This document shows, in pieces, positions 27,623-37,409 of a DNA stretch of 42,766 nucleotides (position 1 is its first letter; every line of letters starts with the position of its first letter). The notes under the pieces are model-generated. The model had not been told where the DNA came from. It saw nothing but the letters and a program-made list of their open reading frames with translations, and searched no databases. The translations under genes and the position numbers were made by a program. This DNA is from an uncultured Methylobacter sp. (GTDB lineage Bacteria > Pseudomonadota > Gammaproteobacteria > Methylococcales > Methylomonadaceae): positions 1 through 42,766 of the forward strand of contig CAZAUB010000001.1 of the NCBI GenBank assembly GCA_964488195.1. The letters are read 5' to 3'.

Positions 27623-28686
27623 AGAAAACTTTTAGCATGTTTCGTGGCCGTCGCGTTTTTATCACTGGCCATACTGGTTTTAAGGGCTCCTGGCTTGCGT
27701 TCATGCTAAATGAGGCAGGTGCTGAAGTAATGGGTTTTGCCTTGCCGCCGGCAACCGCTATCAACCACTTTGATTTGCTTAAGCTCGATAAAAAAATTAA
27801 GCATGTAGTGGGTGACATTCGTGATGCTTCACTTATTGCCAACACTTTACAAGAATTTCAGCCTGAGTTTGTTTTTCACCTCGCAGCGCAAGCCTTGGTT
27901 CGACCCTCCTACGATTCACCGGCGGCCACTTTTTCAACTAATGTCATGGGGTCGGTAAATCTATTGGATGCTGTGCGTCAGTGTGAGTCGGTGCGATCTC
28001 TGGTTTATATCACCTCCGATAAATGTTACGAGAATGTCGAATGGATTTGGGGCTATCGAGAAAATGATCAACTGGGTGGCCGTGATCCTTACAGCGCTTC
28101 CAAAGCCGCTGCCGAGATTGTGTTCTCTTCTTATGCGAGATCGTTTTTTGAACAGCATCCGTTATTAGGCACTGCAAGTACTAGGGCGGGCAATGTGATT
28201 GGCGGGGGCGATTGGGCAGTCGATCGGATTATTCCTGACTGCATGCGTGCCATTGAAGCGGGTGAGCCTGTCCGGTTACGCAATCCAGGTGCGACGCGTC
28301 CTTGGCAGCATGTGTTGGAGCCGCTTTCAGGCTACCTGTTACTGGCTGCTCGTTTGTATGAAGAGCCGAAACGCTGGGGAGGTGCTTGGAACTTTGGCCC
28401 ATCCACTCATGAAGTACGAACTGTAAAAAACGTTGCCGAAGTTATCGTCGGTCACATTGGCAAGGGGCGTGTTGAGGTTGTTGAATCACAAACACAGGTG
28501 CATGAAGCACGATTACTTCAGCTAAATTGCGATAAGGCGCATCAATTGCTAGGTTGGTATCCTCGTTGGCATGTTGAAAAAACGCTTGAGACTACCGCAC
28601 TTTGGTACAAGACCGTTATGAATGGGGGCGATGCTGAAGTAATTACCCGCGCGCAAGTTCATGAGTTTTTTCCGGAGTTAACATGA
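27619..28686 (+). CDS. rfbG: CDP-glucose 4,6-dehydratase
   Basis: TGHTGFKGSWL, HLAAQALV, TSDKCY, DPYSASK, RAGNVIGGGDW and RPWQHVLEPL motifs. Confidence 0.95.
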   Translation: MKKTFSMFRGRRVFITGHTGFKGSWLAFMLNEAGAEVMGFALPPATAINHFDLLKLDKKIKHVVGDIRDASLIANTLQEFQPEFVFHLAAQALVRPSYDSPAATFSTNVMGSVNLLDAVRQCESVRSLVYITSDKCYENVEWIWGYRENDQLGGRDPYSASKAAAEIVFSSYARSFFEQHPLLGTASTRAGNVIGGGDWAVDRIIPDCMRAIEAGEPVRLRNPGATRPWQHVLEPLSGYLLLAARLYEEPKRWGGAWNFGPSTHEVRTVKNVAEVIVGHIGKGRVEVVESQTQVHEARLLQLNCDKAHQLLGWYPRWHVEKTLETTALWYKTVMNGGDAEVITRAQVHEFFPELT

Positions 28687-29132
28687 TTGATGGGGTGGTA
28701 CTGACGCCGCTACGGCAGATTTTTGATGAACGTGGCAAGGTCATGCACATGCTACGGGAAGACTCACCGGTTTTTTCAAGATTTGGTGAGATTTATTTTT
28801 CATGCACTCATCCAGGTGTTGTGAAAGCCTGGCATTTGCATGAAAAAATGACTTTAAACTATGCGGTTATTTATGGAGAGATCAAATTTGTGCTATTTGA
28901 TGATCGCGCAGACAGCTCTACGCACGGGGAAGTTCAGGAGCTTTTTATTTCGCCAGAAAACTATATGTTGGTAACGGTACCCCCCTTAATCTGGAACGGC
29001 TTCAAAAGTGTTGGTACCAAGACTGCAATCGTCGCCAATTGCGCAACCTTGCCACATAGTCAGGATGAGATTGAGCGGCGCGCAGCATCTGATGCCAGTA
29101 TCCCGTATGACTGGGGGTTGAAGCACAGATGA
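28683..29132 (+). CDS. RmlC-like cupin NDP-4-keto-6-deoxyhexose 3(,5)-epimerase
   Basis: DERG, GEIYFS, KAWHLH and VPPLIWNGF motifs. Confidence 0.82.
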   Translation: MIDGVVLTPLRQIFDERGKVMHMLREDSPVFSRFGEIYFSCTHPGVVKAWHLHEKMTLNYAVIYGEIKFVLFDDRADSSTHGEVQELFISPENYMLVTVPPLIWNGFKSVGTKTAIVANCATLPHSQDEIERRAASDASIPYDWGLKHR

Positions 29133-29182
29133 CCCACCTTCCCACTTCAACGTTACCAATATTTTGAGAACCGATTGAGCCT

Positions 29183-29944
29183 ATGAAAGTTATCCTCCTC
29201 GCTGGCGGTTTTGGTACGCGCTTGGCCGAATACACCGATGTTATCCCCAAACCGATGGTGCCCGTCGGTGGCAAACCGATCCTCTGGCACATTATGCAAA
29301 CCTATGCGCGCTTTGGGTACAAGGATTTTTATGTCGCATTGGGTTATAAGGCAGAGGTAATCAAGGAGTATTTCCTTAATTACCGAGCGCTCAATGCTGA
29401 TTTCACGGTAGATCTCGCCTCGGGCGGCGTTACGCCGCACCAAGTGGATTCCGTGGACTGGCGGGTGACCTTGGTCAACACGGGTGATGCATCCATGACC
29501 GGTGGCCGTGTCAAGCGGATGCAGTCATTTATTGGTAACGAGACCTGTATGCTGACCTATGGTGATGGTGTGGCCGATATTGACCTGAATGCGCTGCTGG
29601 CCTTTCATCGCAGCCATGGCAAGATGGTCACCGTGTCAGCCGTGCGTCCCTCTGCCCGTTTTGGCGAGCTGGAAATGGATGGCGCGCGTGTCGTCAGCTT
29701 TCAGGAAAAACCGCAGTTACATGAAGGTTGGATCAATGGTGGTTTTTTCGTGATCGAACCTGCGTTCTTTGATTTGATTGCCGGGGATAGCACTTTGTTG
29801 GAACGGGAGCCTTTGGAGCAAGCAACCAAAGCAGGTGAGTTGATGGCGTATCGCCACGATGGTTTTTGGCATTGCATGGACACCAAGCGCGATCATGAGC
29901 TGCTGGAGTCGCTGTGGGCTAAAGGTGCCCCTTGGGCGGTTTAG
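29183..29944 (+). CDS. rfbF: Glucose-1-phosphate cytidylyltransferase
   Basis: LAGGFGTRL, PKPMVPVGGKPILWHIM, MTGGR, TYGDG, WINGGFF, FWHCMDT and APW motifs. Confidence 0.95.
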   Translation: MKVILLAGGFGTRLAEYTDVIPKPMVPVGGKPILWHIMQTYARFGYKDFYVALGYKAEVIKEYFLNYRALNADFTVDLASGGVTPHQVDSVDWRVTLVNTGDASMTGGRVKRMQSFIGNETCMLTYGDGVADIDLNALLAFHRSHGKMVTVSAVRPSARFGELEMDGARVVSFQEKPQLHEGWINGGFFVIEPAFFDLIAGDSTLLEREPLEQATKAGELMAYRHDGFWHCMDTKRDHELLESLWAKGAPWAV

Positions 29945-29953
29945 TTTAATCCG

Positions 29954-30916
29954 ATGCGCATATTGATTACCGGAGGCCATGGATTCGTCGGTGGCAGACT
30001 GGGCCAACATTTTCACCAAGTTGGGCATCAAATTATTTTGGGCTCACGCGCTCTAACTGGCCGACCCGATTGGTTGCCTCATGCCGAAGTGGCGCAGATT
30101 GATTGGCATGATAGTCGCGCTCTAGAGCAAATTTGTGGCGGGGTCGATGTGGTGATTCAAGCGGCGGGGATGAATGCTCAGGATTGCGCAGCAGACCCAG
30201 TGGCGGCGCTTGAATTCAACGGTCTTGCAACAGCGCGTTTGCTTGGGGCAGCAAGTCGGGCTGGCGTGAAACGGTTTATCTACCTATCCACCGCCCATGT
30301 GTATGCCAGCCCGCTTGTGGGTAGAATTACGGAAGACACTTGCCCGCGTAATCTGCACCCCTATGCTACATCGCATCTTGCTGGGGAGAATGCTGTATTG
30401 AGCATCAGCCAACGTGGGCAGATTGAAGGCATCGTGCTGCGCTTGTCCAATGCCTTTGGCGCACCACTGCATAAGGATGTAAATTGCTGGATGTTGTTGG
30501 TGAACGATTTGTGTATGCAGGCTGTGCAGAACGGAAAAATAGTTTTGCGTTCGAGTGGGTTGCAACAGCGGGACTTCATTGCCATGACGGAAGTGTGCCG
30601 CGTTGTTGAGCATCTGTCCTGTCGTGATTTCGATGCTCCGGTGCCAAACGTTTTCAATTTAGGCGCTGGGAAATCGCAATCCGTTCTTGAAATGGCGCAG
30701 TTGATACAGCGGAGGTGTAGGCGGGTTTTGGGTTTTGAACCTGAATTGCAACGACCAGAGATGGGCGCTGATGAGAGACATGAGAGGCTGGAATACCGCA
30801 CAGATAGATTGGCAAAAATGGATATAAACGTGAGTCTTGATAACAACAATGAAATTGATAGTTTGTTGGCATATGTCCAAGCATCGTCCAATCAAAATGG
30901 GAGTGAAAGCATATGA
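29954..30916 (+). CDS. NAD-dependent epimerase/dehydratase SDR (YxxxH variant)
   Basis: TGGHGFVG, STAHVY, YATSH, RLSN and QRDFI motifs. Confidence 0.8.
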   Translation: MRILITGGHGFVGGRLGQHFHQVGHQIILGSRALTGRPDWLPHAEVAQIDWHDSRALEQICGGVDVVIQAAGMNAQDCAADPVAALEFNGLATARLLGAASRAGVKRFIYLSTAHVYASPLVGRITEDTCPRNLHPYATSHLAGENAVLSISQRGQIEGIVLRLSNAFGAPLHKDVNCWMLLVNDLCMQAVQNGKIVLRSSGLQQRDFIAMTEVCRVVEHLSCRDFDAPVPNVFNLGAGKSQSVLEMAQLIQRRCRRVLGFEPELQRPEMGADERHERLEYRTDRLAKMDINVSLDNNNEIDSLLAYVQASSNQNGSESI

Positions 30917-31818
30917 ATGCCACTGCTGTTCCACTCGTCTCCGTAGTCATTCCCACTTATAACCACGCTCATTTTCTGCGCCGCGCCCTGCAGTCGGTGC
31001 TGGATCAGACTTATACCAACTGGGAAGTCATTCTTATCGACAATCATTCTCAAGACAACACCGATGAGGTTGTTCAAAGTTTCAACGATTCACGGATTAC
31101 TCTGCTCAAAATCCATAACAATGGAGTCATCGCGGCCTCTCGGAATATGGGGATTCTTGCAGCCGAGGGGGAATGGATAGCGTTTCTAGATTCAGATGAT
31201 CTCTGGTATCCAAAAAAACTAGAAATCGCGATAAACGGAATTCAAGAAGACTCTTCGATTGATGTTTGCAGTACGGACGAAATGCTAGTCGATGAAGCAA
31301 CCGGTAACAGACAGTTGCTAAAGTTTGGACCATATTGTTCAGATTTCTATAAAAGCTTATTGGTGACAGGTAACCGTCTATCACCTTCGGCCTCATTAGT
31401 AAGGCGAGATTTCCTAAACAAGAACAATTTACTATTTCGTGAAAACAAAGAGTTCGTGACGGCTGAAGATTATGATTTATGGATGCTGCTCGCGCAAGCA
31501 GGGGCAAAATTTAAATTCATACACTCAGTGCAAGGCGAATATAGCATTCACACGACCAACAATTCCGGTCAAACTGCGCGACATAATCAGGCCGTGATTA
31601 ATGTTATAAAAGACCATGTGTACCAATTGCAGGAATTCCAGCCAGATAAGGAATATCTTTGGCACAACATACATGCTCGCCTATTGTTAGCGAGTGCCAG
31701 AAGCCAAATCATTAAAGGGCAATTTGTTTCAGGTATTCATGAGCTAATTCATGCATTCCGTAGCTCTTTTTCAGGCTCTTTGTGGCATATACTTTCTAAG
31801 GTTGGCAAAAGGTATTAG
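30913..31818 (+). CDS. Glycosyltransferase family 2
   Basis: VSVVIPTYN, IDNHS, SRNMG, AFLDSDD and EDYDLW motifs. Confidence 0.9.
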   Translation: MNATAVPLVSVVIPTYNHAHFLRRALQSVLDQTYTNWEVILIDNHSQDNTDEVVQSFNDSRITLLKIHNNGVIAASRNMGILAAEGEWIAFLDSDDLWYPKKLEIAINGIQEDSSIDVCSTDEMLVDEATGNRQLLKFGPYCSDFYKSLLVTGNRLSPSASLVRRDFLNKNNLLFRENKEFVTAEDYDLWMLLAQAGAKFKFIHSVQGEYSIHTTNNSGQTARHNQAVINVIKDHVYQLQEFQPDKEYLWHNIHARLLLASARSQIIKGQFVSGIHELIHAFRSSFSGSLWHILSKVGKRY

Positions 31819-31844
31819 TAATTCCCGTATTTATAGGAAAACAA

Positions 31845-32048
31845 ATGATTTCACAACTACTGAACCTTTTGAATTTGCATCCTATTGATGCTGACAGAAT
31901 TTACGGCAGCCTATCCGGCATCTCCCAAGACCAATCTGCCGAAATTGCATTGCGCGAACCCGTATCTGAGAACGTCAATAATCATCCCAGATGGTATCCT
32001 TTCAATGGTTTTCGGTTGGTCGCTAAGGATAACCAATGTTCGGCGTAA
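31845..32048 (+). pseudogene. Short ORF (67 aa), possible deletion remnant
   Basis: RBS-like AGGAAA before the ATG; overlaps the next start; no complete domain recognisable. Confidence 0.3.
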
Positions 32049-33136
32049 TAAAACGGAATCCAACGCTTGCACCCAAAGATCTTTGCCATGTGCTGGCAGC
32101 CCAAAGCCCAGATTCGGAAGCTTCTGCCTCTGAGGCATTCAGTTACACGGGTTATGCGCGTTTTGCCTTGTACAATATTCTGAAGTTGTTGAAGCTCGAG
32201 CGAGGAAGTGAGGTTTTACTTCCCGCCTATATATGCGATGTCGTGCTACTGCCTTTCGTTGATTTCGGACTAGAGCCAATTTATTACGGAGTCACGGATC
32301 AATTTCAGATTGACTTTAACACTGTCAGTCTTTCTTCAAAGACAAAGGCTATTATCACCGTAAACTATTTTGGGTTGAGTCAGGATTTCGAAACCATCAA
32401 TTCCTTCGCAAGTGAGCACCAACTTATTTGGATAAATGATAACAGTCATGGATTCGCGAGCAGTCATGATGAGAAAAAGTTTGAATCGTTCGGTGATTTC
32501 AGCATAACTTCGTTTCGAAAAGTCCTTCCGACAGTAAATGGCGCGCGTGCCTGTATCAACAATGCGGCCTATGAATACATGAGATCGGAGTTGTCCGTGC
32601 TCAATCGTCCTGCTGCAATGGAAAGCAAGCTGCTGCGGTTCTTGGGTGCCACCCTTCTTGGAAATCTGCATTACCGGCCATGGAAGCATGCGGATTATTC
32701 TGATGTTCCAGTATTATCGGAAGCCGAAATCATGTCTTTTCGCCTCGACCGGATTTCCGGCAGAGTGCTTAGTATAATAGCAGAAGATTATGTTCAGAAA
32801 CGCCGGTTCCAGCTGTATCAGGCGGTCGATATATTTCTTTTGCAACGATGTTATAGCTTTCTTGGGCCGATCCCGAATTTGCTGCATTCCGGAAATTCTC
32901 CTATGGTCTATCCCGTGGTGGTTGCAGATCAGAGTTATTGGAGAGCTATCTTGCGTACAAGTCGAGACGTTGGTATGGATATTCATACATGGCCTGACTT
33001 GCCGCAGGAGGTGATCGCAACCAATCTTTTTGGGGCAGTCGAGATGTGGCAGCGGCTACTTTTTTTGCCCATTCATCAAGATCTTGAGGTAGAACAATAT
33101 TGCTCACGTTTGGCCAAAGCTTTAGATTCTGTGTGA
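32036..33136 (+). CDS. DegT/DnrJ/EryC1/StrS-like PLP-dependent protein (divergent)
   Basis: VLLPAYIC, VNYFG, NDNSHG, SFRKVLP (PLP Lys) and LFLPIHQ motifs. Confidence 0.75.
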   Translation: MFGVIKRNPTLAPKDLCHVLAAQSPDSEASASEAFSYTGYARFALYNILKLLKLERGSEVLLPAYICDVVLLPFVDFGLEPIYYGVTDQFQIDFNTVSLSSKTKAIITVNYFGLSQDFETINSFASEHQLIWINDNSHGFASSHDEKKFESFGDFSITSFRKVLPTVNGARACINNAAYEYMRSELSVLNRPAAMESKLLRFLGATLLGNLHYRPWKHADYSDVPVLSEAEIMSFRLDRISGRVLSIIAEDYVQKRRFQLYQAVDIFLLQRCYSFLGPIPNLLHSGNSPMVYPVVVADQSYWRAILRTSRDVGMDIHTWPDLPQEVIATNLFGAVEMWQRLLFLPIHQDLEVEQYCSRLAKALDSV

Positions 33137-33241
33137 CTTTAAGTGCACCTATATTTATTTTAGGGATTTTTAGATGGCTATTGCGAAATGTTTTAAGTCG
33201 GATCGGTGGGATGCTATCCGTTCTCGTGATGAGGGGCTTTC

Positions 33242-34276
33242 ATGATCGAGTTTCTGGAATTCAACGCTGAAAATTCAGAGGATGAGTGGGATAGCAAACT
33301 GCTAAAGTTCAATGATGCTGGCTTTCAGCAGACATATTCTTTTGGTGAGCTAGGAAAATCTCACGTCTCTGGGGTATTTCGGGCGTTGCTTGTTGAGGGC
33401 AACCAGACGCTGGTCATGGCACAAGGGTTTGTGTACAATCCTATATTCGGTGTTTGTGTACTTGTGATCCGTGGTGGCCTAGCCTATCAATCTTCAAAAA
33501 ATGAAAATACGAATCTCAAGCATCTTCGTTTTTTTCTTCAACAACTTATTAAAGTTAATAAAGAGCGATGTAAGTTTTTATATATCAACATTACTATGAA
33601 TGGTGAACGTTCAATGCTTGCCGAGATTGCGTTGCGTGAAGCGGGTTTGGCTAGGCCTTTTTTTGAGCGCGATCCTTATCTTACTTACGTTGTGTCTATT
33701 CACCGAGATTTTGACCAAAATATGAAGGCATTTGATTCAAAATGGAGGAATCAACTCCGCCGTGCGGAAAGCCTTAAGCCTAAATTCATTTGGGGGAATG
33801 ATGATTCATTGCTTCATTCATATGTGAAGTTACATAACTCAATGTGTCAAATTAAGTCAATCGAAAGCCAGACCTTGAGTTATGAAGGTCTCAATGATAT
33901 GCGAATAAATTTGGGTGGAAAGTTGCAATTCCTTATTGGGAGTCTTGGTGGGTTTGACGTTTGCGGGTGTGCCGTCATAATCGCTTATAACAAAGCTTAC
34001 TACTATTATGCTGCAGCAAATGAGCAGGGCCGAAATGGTTATTTCTCGAATGCGATGGTTTGGTTTTTGATCCAGAAGCTTCAGGCGATCAATGTGACTG
34101 AGCTTGATTTGGTAGGAGTCGATCCAGTGAGAAACTGGGGTGGGTATCATTTCAAAAGAGGTGTTGGAGGAAAGCCGTTTGCCTACGTTGGTGAATGGGA
34201 TTTTAGCTCCCCAACTTTCCTAAAGCCGTTAATAAATTTTGCCTTGTTTTGGCGATCGAAGCGGATGTATCGTTAA
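33242..34276 (+). CDS. FemAB/FemX-like GNAT protein (peptidoglycan-bridge glycyltransferase family)
   Basis: FQQTYSFG, KWRNQLRRAE, AYYYYAA, LDLVG, GGYHFKRGVGG and GEWD motifs. Confidence 0.78.
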   Translation: MIEFLEFNAENSEDEWDSKLLKFNDAGFQQTYSFGELGKSHVSGVFRALLVEGNQTLVMAQGFVYNPIFGVCVLVIRGGLAYQSSKNENTNLKHLRFFLQQLIKVNKERCKFLYINITMNGERSMLAEIALREAGLARPFFERDPYLTYVVSIHRDFDQNMKAFDSKWRNQLRRAESLKPKFIWGNDDSLLHSYVKLHNSMCQIKSIESQTLSYEGLNDMRINLGGKLQFLIGSLGGFDVCGCAVIIAYNKAYYYYAAANEQGRNGYFSNAMVWFLIQKLQAINVTELDLVGVDPVRNWGGYHFKRGVGGKPFAYVGEWDFSSPTFLKPLINFALFWRSKRMYR

Positions 34277-34388
34277 TTATTGTGAATCTTGGTTTTTCAT
34301 GCCCTCCCACCTTTAAAGACAATGTCATGCTTACAAAGTTAATTAAGCTGTACAGCTTTTGTCGTGACGGCTCTGGTTGTTTTCTTAA

Positions 34389-35183
34389 ATGCGCGCTGCA
34401 ATGAAAAGTAGGCGAATTATCCTTAAATCTGTTGCCGAGGGAGTATCTCTGTCCCGAATTTTTCGCCCACTGCGTCCTCCAGGGCTTCGTATTTTGAATT
34501 ATCATTCTGTGGGGGGGCATGCTTTCGAGGATACTCTGGGCATGTTCAGCATTTCGCAACTACGCTTCCGTAGTCATATCCATCTGATCGCCAATATGGA
34601 GGATTGTCGAATAGTTCCCTTGCAGCCACTTAGCTTGTCGCAACGATGGTTACAGGTGGCGGTAACTTTTGATGACGGTTACCGGGATAACCTGCGTATC
34701 GCTGCGCCAATTCTTGTCGAGCATGGCATTCCTTTCACCGTATTTGTGTCCACGGACTTTATTAAAAATCTTACTAATGGATTTTTGACGCCTAAGGAGT
34801 TAAAGGAGCTTGCTGGATTATCGGGAGTGACTATAGGGGCACACGGCAAGTCGCACCGAGCGTTAACTGAATGTAACGATATCGAGCTTAAAAGGGAGTT
34901 GTCCAGTAGCAAACACTATCTTGAAGATCTGTTGGGCCGTTCCGTGAGCGCAGTAGCATATCCCTTCGGAGCGGCAGACATACGGGTTCGCGATGCAGCC
35001 AGACAATTTGGCTATGACTTGGGCGTGTGTACTCGTTATGATATCAATACGCCAGACCGAGATCCATTAATGCTATGTCGCTACAATATCGAGTGCGACA
35101 ATACCCCGCGAGTCCTTCGCCAAAAATTGCGTGGGGATTGGGACTGGTATCGCTGGCGCTCACCGGATCCACTTTTTCAGTGA
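34389..35183 (+). CDS. Polysaccharide deacetylase (NodB/CE4)
   Basis: LNYHSV, VTFDDGY, IGAHGKSH and AYPFG motifs. Confidence 0.88.
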   Translation: MRAAMKSRRIILKSVAEGVSLSRIFRPLRPPGLRILNYHSVGGHAFEDTLGMFSISQLRFRSHIHLIANMEDCRIVPLQPLSLSQRWLQVAVTFDDGYRDNLRIAAPILVEHGIPFTVFVSTDFIKNLTNGFLTPKELKELAGLSGVTIGAHGKSHRALTECNDIELKRELSSSKHYLEDLLGRSVSAVAYPFGAADIRVRDAARQFGYDLGVCTRYDINTPDRDPLMLCRYNIECDNTPRVLRQKLRGDWDWYRWRSPDPLFQ

Positions 35184-35235
35184 GACATAAGAAAAATATA
35201 GTGAGTGCTATCACGAAGCAAGCAGGGACTATGCA

Positions 35236-36567
35236 ATGAAAATTGGTAGTCTACCTTTTGGGCTGGTTTTTATATCGGCTCTAATACCCACGGTGAGTTC
35301 ATTGGTCGGTGTAAATGGCTATCATCTGCCAGCTTTTTTAGCGCTTGTTGTTTTGTTTCTTATCGTAATATCAAAACCAAACAGTTTTAGAGTTATATTT
35401 TACAGGCGGCTGAATTGGGCAATTGCTCTTATGGCGCTGTTGCTAATGTTTCAAATGTTTACAGGGAGGGGGGCTGTAATATTGGGGGCTGGTGGTTATG
35501 TGCTAATAATTACCTTAGTATTTTATGACCTGCTCTTAATTGGGAAGGCTTCCGTAGTTTCAGTTATGCGTTGGATTAGCTTCCTTTTTAAGTTTTTTAT
35601 TGTTGGATTGATTGTCGAAATTTGTTTCATTAGTTTTGGACAGCAACCACTATTGGTAGAAATTCTTACTTCCTCTAATACATCAGGATATAAAAATTAC
35701 AATCCATCAGATGTACTGAGAATGGTTGGATTATTTCAAGATGTGGGCGGTCTTAACAGCATACTGCTAGGCTCTCAAATTGCGGGCATGCTGTCCTTAT
35801 TTGCAGTTATTTGGTTTTCTTTCGTCAAACAAAGCGAATTGGCGCAGAAGATAACGAGCTGCCCGAGATTATGGTTCTTTATGTCGCTTGCTATGCTGTT
35901 GGTTACAATAAATGGTATGGTTTTCCTAATGACTGTCCTAGCTATCATTGTTTATCGATTGTTCATTAGAAAGAAACAGAGGGTTGTTGCGTTCCTTGTT
36001 TTAAGTAGCTTGTTGTTGGTGATATATATTTGTATATCCCAAGGTTACTTATTTAATCGAATATTTTCTACTGAGCAAGCATTAACCGAGTATCAATTGA
36101 GTGTGTATAAGCCATATGGGCTTGATCAGGAACTTAGGGGTATCTCTGTGCTTGACTATTATGTTTTTTGTTTTTTTAATCCCGTGTCCGTTTGGTTTTC
36201 AGCAGGATGGATAGACAAATTGCTGGGTGTGGGTGCCCCATTCTTCTTAAATGACCAAGTTTTTATCAGCGGGGATTTTGGATTCGCTACAGATGTGCTT
36301 CTTAAATCAGGGTTGGTTTGGGCGGTTACATTTTTAGCTACAGTGCTAGTCATTTGTTCTTCCGCTCTAAAGTTGAAGACAACTGGCTCAAGGGATCGGC
36401 AATTGTGGTCTAGTCTGGGTGCAACCAATGCATTGATCTCGATTCTATGGCTGTTTTCGACCGGTCACTATAATCAAGCCATGCAGAATCCTGGTGGTGA
36501 AGCACTTTTCGCTTTGCACCTTGCACTGGTGCTATATTGCCGCCGTCGTTCTCGTGCATTGGTTTGA
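35236..36567 (+). CDS. Polytopic membrane protein, putative Wzy polymerase or ligase-like protein
   Basis: About 10-12 hydrophobic segments, a large loop before LLGVG and a C-terminal STGHY; AT-rich; located among glycosyltransferase genes. Confidence 0.6.
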   Translation: MKIGSLPFGLVFISALIPTVSSLVGVNGYHLPAFLALVVLFLIVISKPNSFRVIFYRRLNWAIALMALLLMFQMFTGRGAVILGAGGYVLIITLVFYDLLLIGKASVVSVMRWISFLFKFFIVGLIVEICFISFGQQPLLVEILTSSNTSGYKNYNPSDVLRMVGLFQDVGGLNSILLGSQIAGMLSLFAVIWFSFVKQSELAQKITSCPRLWFFMSLAMLLVTINGMVFLMTVLAIIVYRLFIRKKQRVVAFLVLSSLLLVIYICISQGYLFNRIFSTEQALTEYQLSVYKPYGLDQELRGISVLDYYVFCFFNPVSVWFSAGWIDKLLGVGAPFFLNDQVFISGDFGFATDVLLKSGLVWAVTFLATVLVICSSALKLKTTGSRDRQLWSSLGATNALISILWLFSTGHYNQAMQNPGGEALFALHLALVLYCRRRSRALV

Positions 36568-36602
36568 GTCCTGCCGATAAATATCTGTGGTGATCCGAAA
36601 AA

Positions 36603-37409
36603 ATGAAGAAAATTAGTGTAGTAATTCCGGCATTCAATGCCTCGACAACTCTTCGGGGTACTGTAGAATCATGCCTTTATCAGACGGTCCGCCCGTTCGA
36701 AATACTGATAATAGACGACGGGAGTACTGATGACACTTTCAGCATAGCAAGGTCAATTCAAGATCAGGCAATCGATAATATAGTTATCAAAGTGCTCCAT
36801 AATGACAAGAATATGGGGCCATCAGCTACAAGGAATGTCGGATGGAATACTGCCGAAGGCGAGTATATTGCCTTTCTGGATTCCGATGATAAATGGCATC
36901 CGATGAAATTGTCACGATTCATGCGGATTTTGAGTGCCAATCCTCATATTGCACTGCTTGGACACACTAATGACTCGAAACACAAAAAAGCTGAAGTTGA
37001 AAGGGTTCCATTGCTATCGCTCTTAATTGCAAACTTTGCAATTACTCCAAATATCATTGTAAAGCGAGAGATAATCGAACGCTTTGATGAAAAAATGCGT
37101 TATGTGGAAGATCATGATCTGTGGCTTAGAATCACACAAAAACAGGATGCCTATATCTTTGATGGATCTGATATTCCCACCACGCTGGGAAGAAAGCCTC
37201 TCTCGGAAGGCGGACTTAGCGGCAATCGTTACAGGATGAGAACGGGTGAGATTTTCATGTATTTCAAATTTGTATCCCAAAGTGTGAGGTGCGCTTTTTG
37301 CACGCCGCTAGTAGTGATTATAATTATGGCCAAACTGATCAAGGAACTTGCGAAAAAGTTTGATGGGGAGGTAAAATGTCATGGGTTAAAAAGGGATGGT
37401 GACACATGA
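36603..37409 (+). CDS. Glycosyltransferase family 2
   Basis: ISVVIPAFN, IDDGSTD, GPSATRN, AFLDSDD and EDHDLW motifs. Confidence 0.9.
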   Translation: MKKISVVIPAFNASTTLRGTVESCLYQTVRPFEILIIDDGSTDDTFSIARSIQDQAIDNIVIKVLHNDKNMGPSATRNVGWNTAEGEYIAFLDSDDKWHPMKLSRFMRILSANPHIALLGHTNDSKHKKAEVERVPLLSLLIANFAITPNIIVKREIIERFDEKMRYVEDHDLWLRITQKQDAYIFDGSDIPTTLGRKPLSEGGLSGNRYRMRTGEIFMYFKFVSQSVRCAFCTPLVVIIIMAKLIKELAKKFDGEVKCHGLKRDGDT

